NCBI GenBank assembly: GCA_003523055.1
Contig: DPHC01000008.1
Location: 5,967 to 69,966, forward strand
DNA from: Dehalococcoidia bacterium
GTDB taxonomy: Bacteria; Chloroflexota; Dehalococcoidia; Lucifugimonadales; UBA3495
Direction of reading: 5' to 3'
DNA: 64,000 bases
Every line of letters starts with the position of its first letter. Positions within the stretch are counted from its first letter, which is position 1. Below, in pieces: positions 38,190 through 48,320 of this stretch. A program made the position numbers and the translations under genes. The notes under the pieces are model-generated. The model was not told where the DNA came from. It ran no database searches and worked only from the letters and a program-made list of their open reading frames with translations.

Positions 38190-39940
38190 TGTTAATTTTA
38201 GGATTGAACGCATATAACGCTGACGCTTCAGCAGCCATTTTAGAAAATGGTAATCTCACCGCTGCTGTTGAAGAAGAAAGATTTACGCGTATAAAACATT
38301 CAGCAGGATTTCCGTACAACGGAGTCAAATTCTGCATAGACAATTCAAATTACGACAGTAAAGACCTACAACATATTGCAATTTGTAGAAATCCTAAAGC
38401 CCACTTAATGGAAAAAGTGTTGTTCACTTTATTAAATCGACCAAATATTTCTGGTGTGTTTGACAGAGTCAAAGCCAACGCAAAAGTGCTTGATTTGCAA
38501 AATGAGGTTAATGACAGCCTAAATATCATTGATCCACAATTTAAGCCTATTCTACATAAAGTCGAGCATCACAAAGCTCATATAGCAAGCGCCTTTTATG
38601 CTTCACCCTATAATGAATCAGCAGTATTTTCAGTAGATGGGTTTGGTGATTTTGTAAGCGCCATGTGGGGCGTTGGCATTGGAAATAAACTAAACATTAA
38701 CGGAGCTGTAAAATTTCCGCATTCCTTAGGAATTTTATATACCGCTATAACACAATATTTAGGCCTGACAAAATTTGGAGATGAGTACAAAACTATGGCC
38801 TTGGCTGCATACGCCTCTCCCAATAAAATGGATTTTTTCAGACGAATAATCAAAACAGATCCTCGAAAAATGGGGTTCCAATTGGATTTAAGATATTTTA
38901 ATCATCACAAAAACGTAAGTAGCATGCAATGGCTTGAAGGAGAACCTGTAATAGAGTCTCTGTACTCCGAATACCTTGTCAGAGAACTAGGTGCACCTCC
39001 TAGGCACTATGAAGATAACATGTCAGAATTTCATTACGAAATAGCCGCCTCATTACAACGTAGATTGGAAGAAATAGTTTTTGACATGTTGAACAAATTA
39101 CAGAAACAAACTGGTATGAAAAAATTAACAATGGCTGGTGGCGTAGCACTGAATTGCACAATGAACTCTAAAATATTGGAGCAAACACCTTTTGAAGAAT
39201 TATATATACAGCCAGCAGCCTGGGATGGCGGTACATCTCTAGGATCAGCTCTCTATGTATGGCATGATGTATTAAATAATCCCAGAGTTCAGCCCATGGA
39301 GCATGCTTATTGGGGCCCATCTTTTGATCGAAACCAAATTTCCGAAGTATTAGAGCAATACACTGAAAAAATATCTCAAACTGGCAAAACCGTAAGCGAA
39401 CATACAAATTCTAACGAAATAAGTAGAATCACTGCAAAAGATATTGCTGATGGTAAAATAATTGGATGGTTCCAAGGCAAAACAGAATTCGGGCCTCGGG
39501 CGTTAGGAAATCGAAGTATTCTCGCCGACCCTAGAAGACATGATATGCGAGAAATTTTAAACGACCGTATTAAACTACGAGAAACTTTTCGCCCATTTGC
39601 TCCGTCAATACTAGAAGAATATGTATCAGAATATTTCGATACAGATAAACCTTCTCCATATATGCTTGTCAATGCAAACGTTAAACCCGACAAACGAGAC
39701 ATATTGCCAGCAGTAGTACATATAGATGGGACAAGTCGAATACAAACAGTGTCACAAGACACCAATCCCCGATATTGGGACTTAATTAATGAATTCAAGA
39801 ATATTACCGGCGTTCCTATAATACTGAATACATCATTCAATGAAAATGAACCAATAGTATGTACACCTACGGAGGCTATTGAATGTTTCTTACGGACCAA
39901 TATGGATGTTTTAGTGTTAGGTGATTTCTTACTTAGGTAA
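38189..39940 (+). CDS. Carbamoyltransferase (NodU/CmcH family)
   Basis: ILGLNAYNADASAAILENGNLTAAVEEERFTRIKH at the N terminus. FGPRALGNRSILADPR, RPFAPS and LNTSFN in the C-terminal YrdC/Kae1-like part. Confidence 0.9.
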   Translation: MLILGLNAYNADASAAILENGNLTAAVEEERFTRIKHSAGFPYNGVKFCIDNSNYDSKDLQHIAICRNPKAHLMEKVLFTLLNRPNISGVFDRVKANAKVLDLQNEVNDSLNIIDPQFKPILHKVEHHKAHIASAFYASPYNESAVFSVDGFGDFVSAMWGVGIGNKLNINGAVKFPHSLGILYTAITQYLGLTKFGDEYKTMALAAYASPNKMDFFRRIIKTDPRKMGFQLDLRYFNHHKNVSSMQWLEGEPVIESLYSEYLVRELGAPPRHYEDNMSEFHYEIAASLQRRLEEIVFDMLNKLQKQTGMKKLTMAGGVALNCTMNSKILEQTPFEELYIQPAAWDGGTSLGSALYVWHDVLNNPRVQPMEHAYWGPSFDRNQISEVLEQYTEKISQTGKTVSEHTNSNEISRITAKDIADGKIIGWFQGKTEFGPRALGNRSILADPRRHDMREILNDRIKLRETFRPFAPSILEEYVSEYFDTDKPSPYMLVNANVKPDKRDILPAVVHIDGTSRIQTVSQDTNPRYWDLINEFKNITGVPIILNTSFNENEPIVCTPTEAIECFLRTNMDVLVLGDFLLR

Positions 39941-40997
39941 TAAAAATAAATTGACGTACTCTATCTGCCACCATACAAAATTTCCTAAAATGAAAGCATT
40001 AATGTGGGACAACGCAACATTATATGCTTCAAAAGGATACTCTGTACTAAAATATAATGTAACCTCTCCAGAAAATGGATGGATATTCGTAGGAAGATAC
40101 ATGCCAACTATTACTCAGATACTATGCGAGAAATCTGAGCTATTATCACGTGTTAAAAGAGCAGGATTCCATAATTTAACATTATTATCGGATAATTCAT
40201 TAATCGGAATAATAGACAAACATATAGTGAAATTGAATCCAAATTCCTATAAATTCGAAACTGTTTTCAAAATAACCCGTGGAACTAGACCTCTCTCTCT
40301 AGCCACAAATCCACAGGGACACGTTTTCTGGGGTGAATATTTTTCCAACGCAAATAAAGAGTCAGTGAACATCTATTGTTCATATGATTCTGGAGATTCA
40401 TGGAGTCCCATACATACATTTCCACAGATGAGCATACGACATATCCACAATATCATATGGGACAAACATATAGAATCATTCTGGATATTCACTGGTGATG
40501 AGCAACACGAATGCAACATTATAAGGGCAGACTCCAACATGAAGAACTTTCATTACATATTCAAAGGATCTCAACAAATACGATGCGTTGCAGGCATACC
40601 TAGACCTGAAGGTCTATATATTGCATCTGATACTCCGTATGAAAAAAATAATATCTATTTAATAGATAGAAATGATAAGTTAAATACTGTTTCTGAACTA
40701 CCAAGTTCTTCGTTATCGTCGTGTGAAGTTTCTGATTTATTATTCTTCTCATCTGCAGTTGAACCCAGCAATATAAATAAAACAAAAAACGCATCACTAA
40801 TGTATAGCATTGACGGTAATACTTGGAATTGTTTAGTGAAATGGAAAAAAAGTATTCTACCAAGCAAGCTATTCCAATTTGCTAACATCACATTCCCAAC
40901 TGGGTATAATGCTAGCAATTATGTAGCAGCGACTGGAATCTCTGTAAGAAATGAACATATGTCTACTCACCTATGGAAAATAGAAACCAAGGTATAG
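39921..40997 (+). CDS. Hypothetical protein with BNR/Asp-box-like repeats (beta-propeller, sialidase-fold candidate)
   Basis: SYDSGDSW and SIDGNTW match the SxDxGxxW Asp-box. No signal peptide. GTG start at 39921; the ATG at 39990 is an alternative. Confidence 0.45.
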   Translation: MISYLGNKNKLTYSICHHTKFPKMKALMWDNATLYASKGYSVLKYNVTSPENGWIFVGRYMPTITQILCEKSELLSRVKRAGFHNLTLLSDNSLIGIIDKHIVKLNPNSYKFETVFKITRGTRPLSLATNPQGHVFWGEYFSNANKESVNIYCSYDSGDSWSPIHTFPQMSIRHIHNIIWDKHIESFWIFTGDEQHECNIIRADSNMKNFHYIFKGSQQIRCVAGIPRPEGLYIASDTPYEKNNIYLIDRNDKLNTVSELPSSSLSSCEVSDLLFFSSAVEPSNINKTKNASLMYSIDGNTWNCLVKWKKSILPSKLFQFANITFPTGYNASNYVAATGISVRNEHMSTHLWKIETKV

Positions 40998-41001
40998 AGC
41001 C

Positions 41002-43158
41002 ATGAAAGCAATACAACAAGAATACAAAACTGGAATCTTGAGCTTGGTTAACATTCCTACGCCTGCTTTAAAATCAACTGAAATTCTTGTCAAAAATGAC
41101 AGTTCAGTGGTAAGTGTGGGAACAGAAAAAACCATGATCGACTTAGCAAAAAAAAGTTTACTTGGGAAAGCTCGAGCAAGACCAGATCTCGTTAAACGAG
41201 TATTAAATAGTATCAAAACAGAAGGTGTAACAGAAACTTACAGGCAAGTAGTGGCTAGATTAGAAAACCCTATACTACTAGGATACTCATCTAGTGGAAC
41301 AGTGCAAGAAACAGGGACAGATGTAACACAATTTAAAGTTGGGGACAGGGTGGCATGCACAGGATCTGGATTTGCCTCACATGCTGAATTTATTTCGGTG
41401 CCTGAGCATTTATGCGCTCTTTTGCCAGAATCTGTCACTCACTCTTCAGGAGCATTCTCTGCAATTGGTGGCATCTCACTCGAATCGGTAAAGCTTGCCA
41501 ATACGACAACTGGAGATATTGTAGGTGTAATTGGCACAGGATTGATAGGATTAATCACTATTCAATTATTATCCGCATATGGCTGTACTGTTATTGCTTT
41601 AGATATTGACAAGCATAAACTTGAATTAGCTCTAGAATTAGTGCCCAGTATAATAACTACAAATAATTATGATGAATTTGAACGGTTAGTTCACGGTAAG
41701 ACATCTGGTAAAGGATTAGACTCTGCGATCATCACGGCCTCTACTAACAGCAATCAACCCATTGAAATTTGTGCTAAAACTATTAAAGTCAGGGGAACCA
41801 TAGTATCTACAGGTCTCACTGGCCTGAATATCCCTCGACAATTATTTTATGAAAAAGAATTACGCTTCGTAGTATCAAAGGCCTGGGGTGATGACAAATT
41901 TTCATCCGAGAAATTGCCCGGAACATGGTCAGCGCAAGAAAATATCACCGAATTTCTGAGTTTTGTGTCAGCCAAAGAAGTAAATGTAGAAAAATTAATA
42001 ACCGGCAAGTATGAAATCGATGAAGCGTTAATAGCTTACAAGCAAATCTTAACTCCTTATAATTCGCACATCGGTCTCCTACTAACATACAATCAAGACA
42101 ATAATACTTCACAATATGTCGACAAGCATATATATAGTGGCAATAAACTAGAACGTAAAATTTCCCATAAAAAAATAAAAACTGCCATTATAGGAGCAGG
42201 ATTATATGCCAATGGTACATTTTTACCAGCTTTAAAAAAGACAAAATCTTTCAACTTACATGCAATTTGCACTCCAAACGGAGTGAGGTTAAAACATATT
42301 AAAACCAAATACAATTTCACATATGGTAGCACAGACGTAAAAGATATTATCGCAGATCCAGAATTAGAGTTAGCAATAATTCTCACAAGACACGATTCTC
42401 ATGCAAGAATGGTAAACACATTTTTACGACACGGCAAAAATGTGTTTGTAGAAAAACCATTGGCTCTCAATCACGATGAATTAAAAGAAATAAACCAAAG
42501 CCTGAACTTGGCACCTGATGAAAATAAACCCAAGTTGATTGTTGGGTTTAATCGGCGTTTTTCAAAGTTTTCTCGGTGGGCTAAATCTCAAATACCGCCC
42601 AATATGCCCGTAACATTAAATATTGTAATAAATGCAGGGAACTTCAACCAAGAAAGTTGGGCAGATCAAACTAACCAAGGAGGACGCATCGTAGGAGAAG
42701 CATGTCATTTTATTGACTTAATACAATTTTTCACTGATTCTATAGTTGAATCAGTTTATGCATACAATACAGTGCAAAATGGCTTTGACTATGTCATTAG
42801 TTTAAAAATGGCATCTGGAGCGATTGCTAACATATCATATTTAACATCTGGAAATAGTCGCCATAGAAGAGAATATATAGAAATTTATTGCAGTAGCAAG
42901 GTGATTTGCATAGACAATTTTAAAAAAGGTATCTGCTATACAAACCAATCCATAACTAAAATTAAAAATTGGTTATCATCGGACAGAGGTCACAAGAATG
43001 AATTACATTATTTGGCTAAATTAGTTAATCATAAAGTACTACCTGAAGTAACCATAACAGATTATATCAATACAACTTTAACAACTTTCGCAATAGAAGC
43101 CGCATTATCTACAGGCGAAGTACAGAAAATAGCTGATTGGGAACATGATTCCCTATGA
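41002..43158 (+). CDS. Bi-domain oxidoreductase: zinc-type MDR alcohol dehydrogenase fused to a Gfo/Idh/MocA domain
   Basis: N-terminal half has GDRVA and GVIGTGLIGLITIQL. C-terminal half has IIGAGLYANGTFLPAL and VEKPLAL. Confidence 0.8.
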   Translation: MKAIQQEYKTGILSLVNIPTPALKSTEILVKNDSSVVSVGTEKTMIDLAKKSLLGKARARPDLVKRVLNSIKTEGVTETYRQVVARLENPILLGYSSSGTVQETGTDVTQFKVGDRVACTGSGFASHAEFISVPEHLCALLPESVTHSSGAFSAIGGISLESVKLANTTTGDIVGVIGTGLIGLITIQLLSAYGCTVIALDIDKHKLELALELVPSIITTNNYDEFERLVHGKTSGKGLDSAIITASTNSNQPIEICAKTIKVRGTIVSTGLTGLNIPRQLFYEKELRFVVSKAWGDDKFSSEKLPGTWSAQENITEFLSFVSAKEVNVEKLITGKYEIDEALIAYKQILTPYNSHIGLLLTYNQDNNTSQYVDKHIYSGNKLERKISHKKIKTAIIGAGLYANGTFLPALKKTKSFNLHAICTPNGVRLKHIKTKYNFTYGSTDVKDIIADPELELAIILTRHDSHARMVNTFLRHGKNVFVEKPLALNHDELKEINQSLNLAPDENKPKLIVGFNRRFSKFSRWAKSQIPPNMPVTLNIVINAGNFNQESWADQTNQGGRIVGEACHFIDLIQFFTDSIVESVYAYNTVQNGFDYVISLKMASGAIANISYLTSGNSRHRREYIEIYCSSKVICIDNFKKGICYTNQSITKIKNWLSSDRGHKNELHYLAKLVNHKVLPEVTITDYINTTLTTFAIEAALSTGEVQKIADWEHDSL

Positions 43159-44384
43159 AAATATTGCTTATTACTGCTTATTTCCCTCCAGACAACGGTT
43201 CTGCTGCACATTTATTTCATGACTTAGCAATAAATTTGAATACGAGCGAACATGAGATCACTGTTATAACCACTATTCCACAGTATCACCCCACTGGAAA
43301 TACTAAAAAATACAAGTATAAATTATTAGTTAAAGAGCATATAAATGGAATAAACATACTACGAATATATTGTCCTAGATTTGAAGGCATATTCAAATTT
43401 GGCAGAGGGTTATGGCAAGTCTGGGCGTCTATTGCTTTATCTATAGCAGCAATTTGTGTAAAGCGGCATCACATATCATTAACTTATTCTCCACCTCTAC
43501 CTCTTTGCCTAGCTGGACTTCTGCTCAAGAAATTTAAAAAAACCAAGTGTATTGTTAATGTACAAGATCTGGTTCCACAAAGTATTATAGATTTAGGATT
43601 GCTAACCAACCCATATTTAATATCGATATTTGGTAAATTAGAAAAAACAGTTTACTCTCACGCCGACCATATCACTGTAATGTCTGAAGGAAATAGGAAT
43701 CACGTTATAAATATTCAAAAAAATGATAATAAAGTCAGTGTAGTCGAGAACTGGATTAACGTGCCAAATAAACATATAAACCATAACACTAATACATTTC
43801 GACAAACATATAATATTACTGAATCGTTTATAATTTTATTTGGAGGAGTATTAGGCTATTCCCAAGATTTAGACGTTATAATTCAAGCGGCACGATTAAC
43901 CATTGATAGAAAGGATATTTTATGGCTCATAATCGGAGACGGGATACAAAAACAACACTTAACAGATTTAATAGAGGAACACCAACTGACAAATATAAAG
44001 TTACTCCCAATGATGCCTAGAGAAGAATACAACGAGATTTTATCAGCATCCACAATTGGTTTAGCAACATTGAAACAATCGGTAAAAACTCCAGTCATAC
44101 CTTCTAAAATTTACAACTGTATGGCATTTGGGAAGCCAATTATTTGCATGATGGATCCATCTGGAGATGCTCCCAAACTCGTGACATCCTGTCAATGTGG
44201 AATTTCTTTGAAGCCCGGAGATGCAGAAGCTTTAGCGGAAAATACCATGATGTTAGTAGATGAACCTGAGATGCGCTTAGAACTCTCAGAAAACGGAATA
44301 GGTTATATAAAGGACCATTTAAATATCCAAAATTCTACACTTAAGTATTTAGACATCTTTAAAAACTTAATAGAAAATAAATAA
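43155..44384 (+). CDS. GT4-family glycosyltransferase (WcaI-like)
   Basis: KILLITAYFPPDNGSAAHLF at the N terminus, typical of WcaI-like GT4 enzymes. GT-B C-terminal half. Confidence 0.8.
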   Translation: MKILLITAYFPPDNGSAAHLFHDLAINLNTSEHEITVITTIPQYHPTGNTKKYKYKLLVKEHINGINILRIYCPRFEGIFKFGRGLWQVWASIALSIAAICVKRHHISLTYSPPLPLCLAGLLLKKFKKTKCIVNVQDLVPQSIIDLGLLTNPYLISIFGKLEKTVYSHADHITVMSEGNRNHVINIQKNDNKVSVVENWINVPNKHINHNTNTFRQTYNITESFIILFGGVLGYSQDLDVIIQAARLTIDRKDILWLIIGDGIQKQHLTDLIEEHQLTNIKLLPMMPREEYNEILSASTIGLATLKQSVKTPVIPSKIYNCMAFGKPIICMMDPSGDAPKLVTSCQCGISLKPGDAEALAENTMMLVDEPEMRLELSENGIGYIKDHLNIQNSTLKYLDIFKNLIENK

Positions 44385-44401
44385 CTTAAACAAGGACAGT
44401 A

Positions 44402-45430
44402 ATGGAATATAAAGAATATAAAGGTAAAAAAGTTTTAGTAACTGGCGGAGCTGGGGCAATCGGTTCTAATTTAACCAGGGAACTATTGGCAAATGGGGCA
44501 CAAGTAATTGTTCTGGACAATCTTTCTTCAGGTCAGGTATGGAACCTTCCTTCAACCTCAGGACTACTTTTTATTGAAGGGGATATATTAAATGAAGTGC
44601 TGTTAAAGCGTGTGTTTAATGAAAAACCTGACATAATTTTCCATTTAGCAGCTCTTTTTGCTAATCAAAACTCAGTAGACCATCCAGAATTGGATTTAGA
44701 TATAAACGGTAAAGGTACTTTAAAACTGTTAGAATACTCCAGTTTAGTAGGGATTGATAGATTTATATATGCATCATCTGGATGTTCAATTTATGGAAGT
44801 GATTCGCCATTACCGTTAACAGAATCATTCATGTCAATGCACTTAAGTTCCCCATACCAAATCACAAAAATGCTTGGCGAACTATATTGTAACTATTATT
44901 TGAATCACCACCAATTAAAGGTAGTTAAACCTAGGTTTTTCAATTCATATGGCCCTGGAGAGGTTCCAGGACAATACCATAATGTAATACCTAATTTTAT
45001 TTACTGGGGTTTAAAAGGATTACCTCTCCCGATTACAGGATCTGGGGAAGAAACTAGAGACTTTACATATGTAATGGACATAGCATCTGGTTTGTTAGCA
45101 TCAGGAGTTCATGAAGCAGCAATTGGTGAGGAATTTAATTTAGCTTCTGGCAAAGAAACCAAAATCATCGATTTAGCTAATTTGATAAACGAATTGACTG
45201 AAAACAATGCAGGAATAACATATGCAAAACGGAGAGGCTGGGACACTAAATCCAGGTTACTCGCCTCGATTGATAAAGCTAGCGATTTAATCGATTACAA
45301 TCCTCAAACTGACTTTTTGGTAGGTCTCTCTAATACCGTAGACTGGTTTAAAGAAAATTGGAACACCATAGACAAAGTAGCACAATTTGGACCAGGTGTT
45401 TCTTCAGCAGTTCGGGATATTAATCATTAA
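44402..45430 (+). CDS. NAD-dependent epimerase/dehydratase SDR (UDP-sugar 4-epimerase/decarboxylase type)
   Basis: VLVTGGAGAIGSNL and YQITK catalytic motif. Confidence 0.85.
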   Translation: MEYKEYKGKKVLVTGGAGAIGSNLTRELLANGAQVIVLDNLSSGQVWNLPSTSGLLFIEGDILNEVLLKRVFNEKPDIIFHLAALFANQNSVDHPELDLDINGKGTLKLLEYSSLVGIDRFIYASSGCSIYGSDSPLPLTESFMSMHLSSPYQITKMLGELYCNYYLNHHQLKVVKPRFFNSYGPGEVPGQYHNVIPNFIYWGLKGLPLPITGSGEETRDFTYVMDIASGLLASGVHEAAIGEEFNLASGKETKIIDLANLINELTENNAGITYAKRRGWDTKSRLLASIDKASDLIDYNPQTDFLVGLSNTVDWFKENWNTIDKVAQFGPGVSSAVRDINH

Positions 45431-45447
45431 ATGAAGGCTGGCCAGTA

Positions 45448-46581
45448 TTGAACATTCTAATAATTATTGGAACAAGACCCGAAGCAATTAAATTAGCTCC
45501 TATCGTTACCGAACTACAAACATGTGATAAAGACATTGAGGTCTCTGTTTGTATAACTGCGCAGCACCGGGAGTTATTAGATGACGTTTTAGAAAATTTT
45601 AAAATAATACCAGATTTCGATTTAAATATAATGTCTACTAATCAAACTTTGGAATCTGTAACATCAAATGTGTTAAATGGGATTACGAAAATTCTCAAAG
45701 AACAATCCTATGATTGGGTGATTGTCCAAGGAGATACTACTACAGCTTTGTCATCCGCTCTTGCAGCATTTTATCAAAAAGTAAAAGTAGGACACGTTGA
45801 GGCTGGGCTACGGACGTATAACAAAGCTGAACCTTTCCCTGAAGAAATAAATCGTCAACTTATAAGTAAATTATCTGATCTCCATTTCGCACCAACTGAA
45901 GAATCAAAATACAATCTAATACTTGAAAATATAGATGCCAATGACATTGTAGTTACAGGAAACACCGTCATTGATGCGTTATCAATCGCTATGAAACAAC
46001 CACCTACTAATTTTTTACAGAATATATTGCCATTAATTGGCTCAGGGAAAAAAATCGTCACCATAACAGCACATCGGAGAGAGAATTTTGGAGAACCTTT
46101 AGAAAATATCTGTACTGCCATTATAAAACTAGCAAGTATATACAAAGATCAGTATCATTTTGTGTATCCAGTGCACCCCAACCCTAATGTTAAAACAGTA
46201 GTATTTGACAAGCTCTCTGGTATAGAAAATATCACTCTGACAGAACCATTAAATTATTTCGATTTCATACAATTATTGAAACAATCTATTCTAGTAATAA
46301 CAGACTCTGGAGGATTACAAGAAGAAGCTCCATCATTTGGCATCCCTGTGATGATTTTAAGGAATAAAACTGAAAGGAATGAAGGAATTAAATCTGGAGC
46401 AGGATTAATAATAGGTACCAATACTAGCACTATTATCCAATCAGTGTCTCAATTATTAGATGACCCGACTGAATATAAATCTCAGTCTACTTACAATAAT
46501 CCCTACGGGGATGGTAAAGCAACTTCCAGGATAATTGGAAGTTTACTTGGATCTCATATCGAGGAATTCAAGCATACTTAA
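45448..46581 (+). CDS. wecB: UDP-N-acetylglucosamine 2-epimerase (non-hydrolysing), copy 2
   Basis: IIIGTRPEAIKLAPI, VQGDTTTALSSALAAF, HVEAGLRT, PEEINR and TDSGGLQEE. TTG start. Confidence 0.9.
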   Translation: MNILIIIGTRPEAIKLAPIVTELQTCDKDIEVSVCITAQHRELLDDVLENFKIIPDFDLNIMSTNQTLESVTSNVLNGITKILKEQSYDWVIVQGDTTTALSSALAAFYQKVKVGHVEAGLRTYNKAEPFPEEINRQLISKLSDLHFAPTEESKYNLILENIDANDIVVTGNTVIDALSIAMKQPPTNFLQNILPLIGSGKKIVTITAHRRENFGEPLENICTAIIKLASIYKDQYHFVYPVHPNPNVKTVVFDKLSGIENITLTEPLNYFDFIQLLKQSILVITDSGGLQEEAPSFGIPVMILRNKTERNEGIKSGAGLIIGTNTSTIIQSVSQLLDDPTEYKSQSTYNNPYGDGKATSRIIGSLLGSHIEEFKHT

Positions 46582-46582
46582 T

Positions 46583-47203
46583 ATGTTTGCATATAAAAAA
46601 TATAAAAGAATTTTAGATTTAAGCATAATTATTGTAGCTCACGTAATGCCTCCTTTCCCTATCATATGGTTGTTCATTTGGGTTGTTGTTCCGGTTGCAA
46701 TTTGGTTAGAAGATAAAGGGCCTATATTCTATACTCAAACCCGTATTGGTAAAAATGGGGTTTTATTTAAAATATATAAATTTAGAACCATGATACCTAA
46801 TGCGGAACTCAATGGTCCTGTGTGGGCGAGTAAAACAGATCCTAGAATTACCAAAGTAGGTAAAATTTTACGACTCACTGCTCTTGACGAATTACCACAA
46901 ATATTGAATATAATAAAAAACGACATGTCATTGGTAGGTCCCCGAGCTGAAAGGCCTGAATTACATAATCAATTCTGCGAAAAAATACCTGAATTCAAAC
47001 TCAGGCTATCTGTAAAACCTGGTCTTACAGGTACTGCTCAAATAAATGGTCCTTATGACTTAGAACCTCAAGAAAAGTTAAATTTTGATCTTAAGTATAT
47101 ACAATCAATCAGTTTCATAACCGATATGGCAATAATAATAAAATCAATCATTAACACCCTAACTGCAAAATGGGATAAACCCACTAAACAGAACACTAAG
47201 TGA
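46583..47203 (+). CDS. Small monotopic phosphoglycosyl transferase (bacterial sugar transferase, PglC/WbaP C-terminal type)
   Basis: One N-terminal hydrophobic helix, then KFRTM, PRITKVGKILRLTALDELPQILNIIKNDMSLVGPRAERPE. ATG at 46583, right after the wecB stop. Confidence 0.9.
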   Translation: MFAYKKYKRILDLSIIIVAHVMPPFPIIWLFIWVVVPVAIWLEDKGPIFYTQTRIGKNGVLFKIYKFRTMIPNAELNGPVWASKTDPRITKVGKILRLTALDELPQILNIIKNDMSLVGPRAERPELHNQFCEKIPEFKLRLSVKPGLTGTAQINGPYDLEPQEKLNFDLKYIQSISFITDMAIIIKSIINTLTAKWDKPTKQNTK

Positions 47204-47210
47204 GAATTTA

Positions 47211-48263
47211 TTGAATATTCTAGATGACTTAAACCAAATAAACCTATTTGATCCTACAAAAATGAGTGAACGCATTTCCAATCTTCCAACACTATTGAAA
47301 AAGGCATCCTCTCAAAATATTCAGCCTAGTAAAAATGATATCAGAAATATCAGAGACGTCATATTTGCTGGAATGGGAGGCTCAGCTATAGCAGCTAATA
47401 TAGTGTTAGACTACATAGGTATTTCTAGAAGCATACCCATGACAGTAAATAGACAAGAGGAATTACCTTATAAACCATCAAACAATACTTTATTAATAAT
47501 TAATAGTTTCTCCGGAAACACTGAAGAAACTATTAATATCTTCAAACTCGCACTTAAAACTTCCTGTAAAATAATTGTTGTGACGAGCGGCGGTAAACTG
47601 CTTCAATTGGCATCTGAAAACAATATAGAAACTATCACTATGACTGTGACTGGTGAACCTCGAAGCGTAGTCCCTTATCACTTAGTCGTTTTAATCAATT
47701 TGCTGTCGGCTTATCATCTGTTAGAAATACAAAATAGTGACATAAATGCAATTATCAAATTATCTACAACTCTAATTAAAACATACGGAATTGATAATCC
47801 GACATCCGATAACCTAGCTAAGCAATTAGCTAACAACCTTAAGAACAAATTAATATGTGTATACGGGGGAGGAATATTTACTAGTATGAGCCTCCGTTGG
47901 AAAACTCAAATTAACGAAAATGCTAAAACCACTTGTATTAGCGATACCATACCAGAATTATTACACAATACAATTGAATCATTTCAGAAATTCGAACAGT
48001 TTAATGACTCAATGTTCTTCCTAGTTTTACAACCTTCAAACACCACAGTGTGGCTACAAGAAAAATACAAAACATTAAAAACGTTATTCGAGACTTATAA
48101 TTTAACACACGAGTACCTGCAAATTGATGAAACAGATATTTTAAGGCAGATCATTTCCATGATGATTTTATGTGATTACACCAGTTACTACTTAGCAATA
48201 TTAAAGTCTGTGGATCCATCTACCAATGATGTAATTGACTCTGCAAAGAAAATGATGAGTTAA
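47211..48263 (+). CDS. SIS-domain bifunctional phosphoglucose/phosphomannose isomerase-like protein
   Basis: FAGMGGSAIAANIV SIS motif and about 350 aa, an architecture like archaeal/bacterial PGI/PMI. TTG start. Confidence 0.55.
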   Translation: MNILDDLNQINLFDPTKMSERISNLPTLLKKASSQNIQPSKNDIRNIRDVIFAGMGGSAIAANIVLDYIGISRSIPMTVNRQEELPYKPSNNTLLIINSFSGNTEETINIFKLALKTSCKIIVVTSGGKLLQLASENNIETITMTVTGEPRSVVPYHLVVLINLLSAYHLLEIQNSDINAIIKLSTTLIKTYGIDNPTSDNLAKQLANNLKNKLICVYGGGIFTSMSLRWKTQINENAKTTCISDTIPELLHNTIESFQKFEQFNDSMFFLVLQPSNTTVWLQEKYKTLKTLFETYNLTHEYLQIDETDILRQIISMMILCDYTSYYLAILKSVDPSTNDVIDSAKKMMS

Positions 48264-48320
48264 ATTACACTCTATGTTAATATTTGCCCTATATAACAAA
48301 TATAAATTTAGAGGTATTTT

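Noticed and set aside
39376-39900. Long antisense ORFs inside well-supported genes: 39376..39900 (-), 51291..51875 (-), 58085..58531 (+), 55640..56080 (+), 49485..49880 (+), 11521..11931 (-), 11844..12221 (-), 5569..5922 (-).
   Set aside because: Each lies entirely within a gene with strong family motifs on the opposite strand (carbamoyltransferase, ligA, amt, GS, ACAD, neuB/neuA, kinase-like). Their translations are low-complexity with no motifs, so they are typical shadow ORFs.
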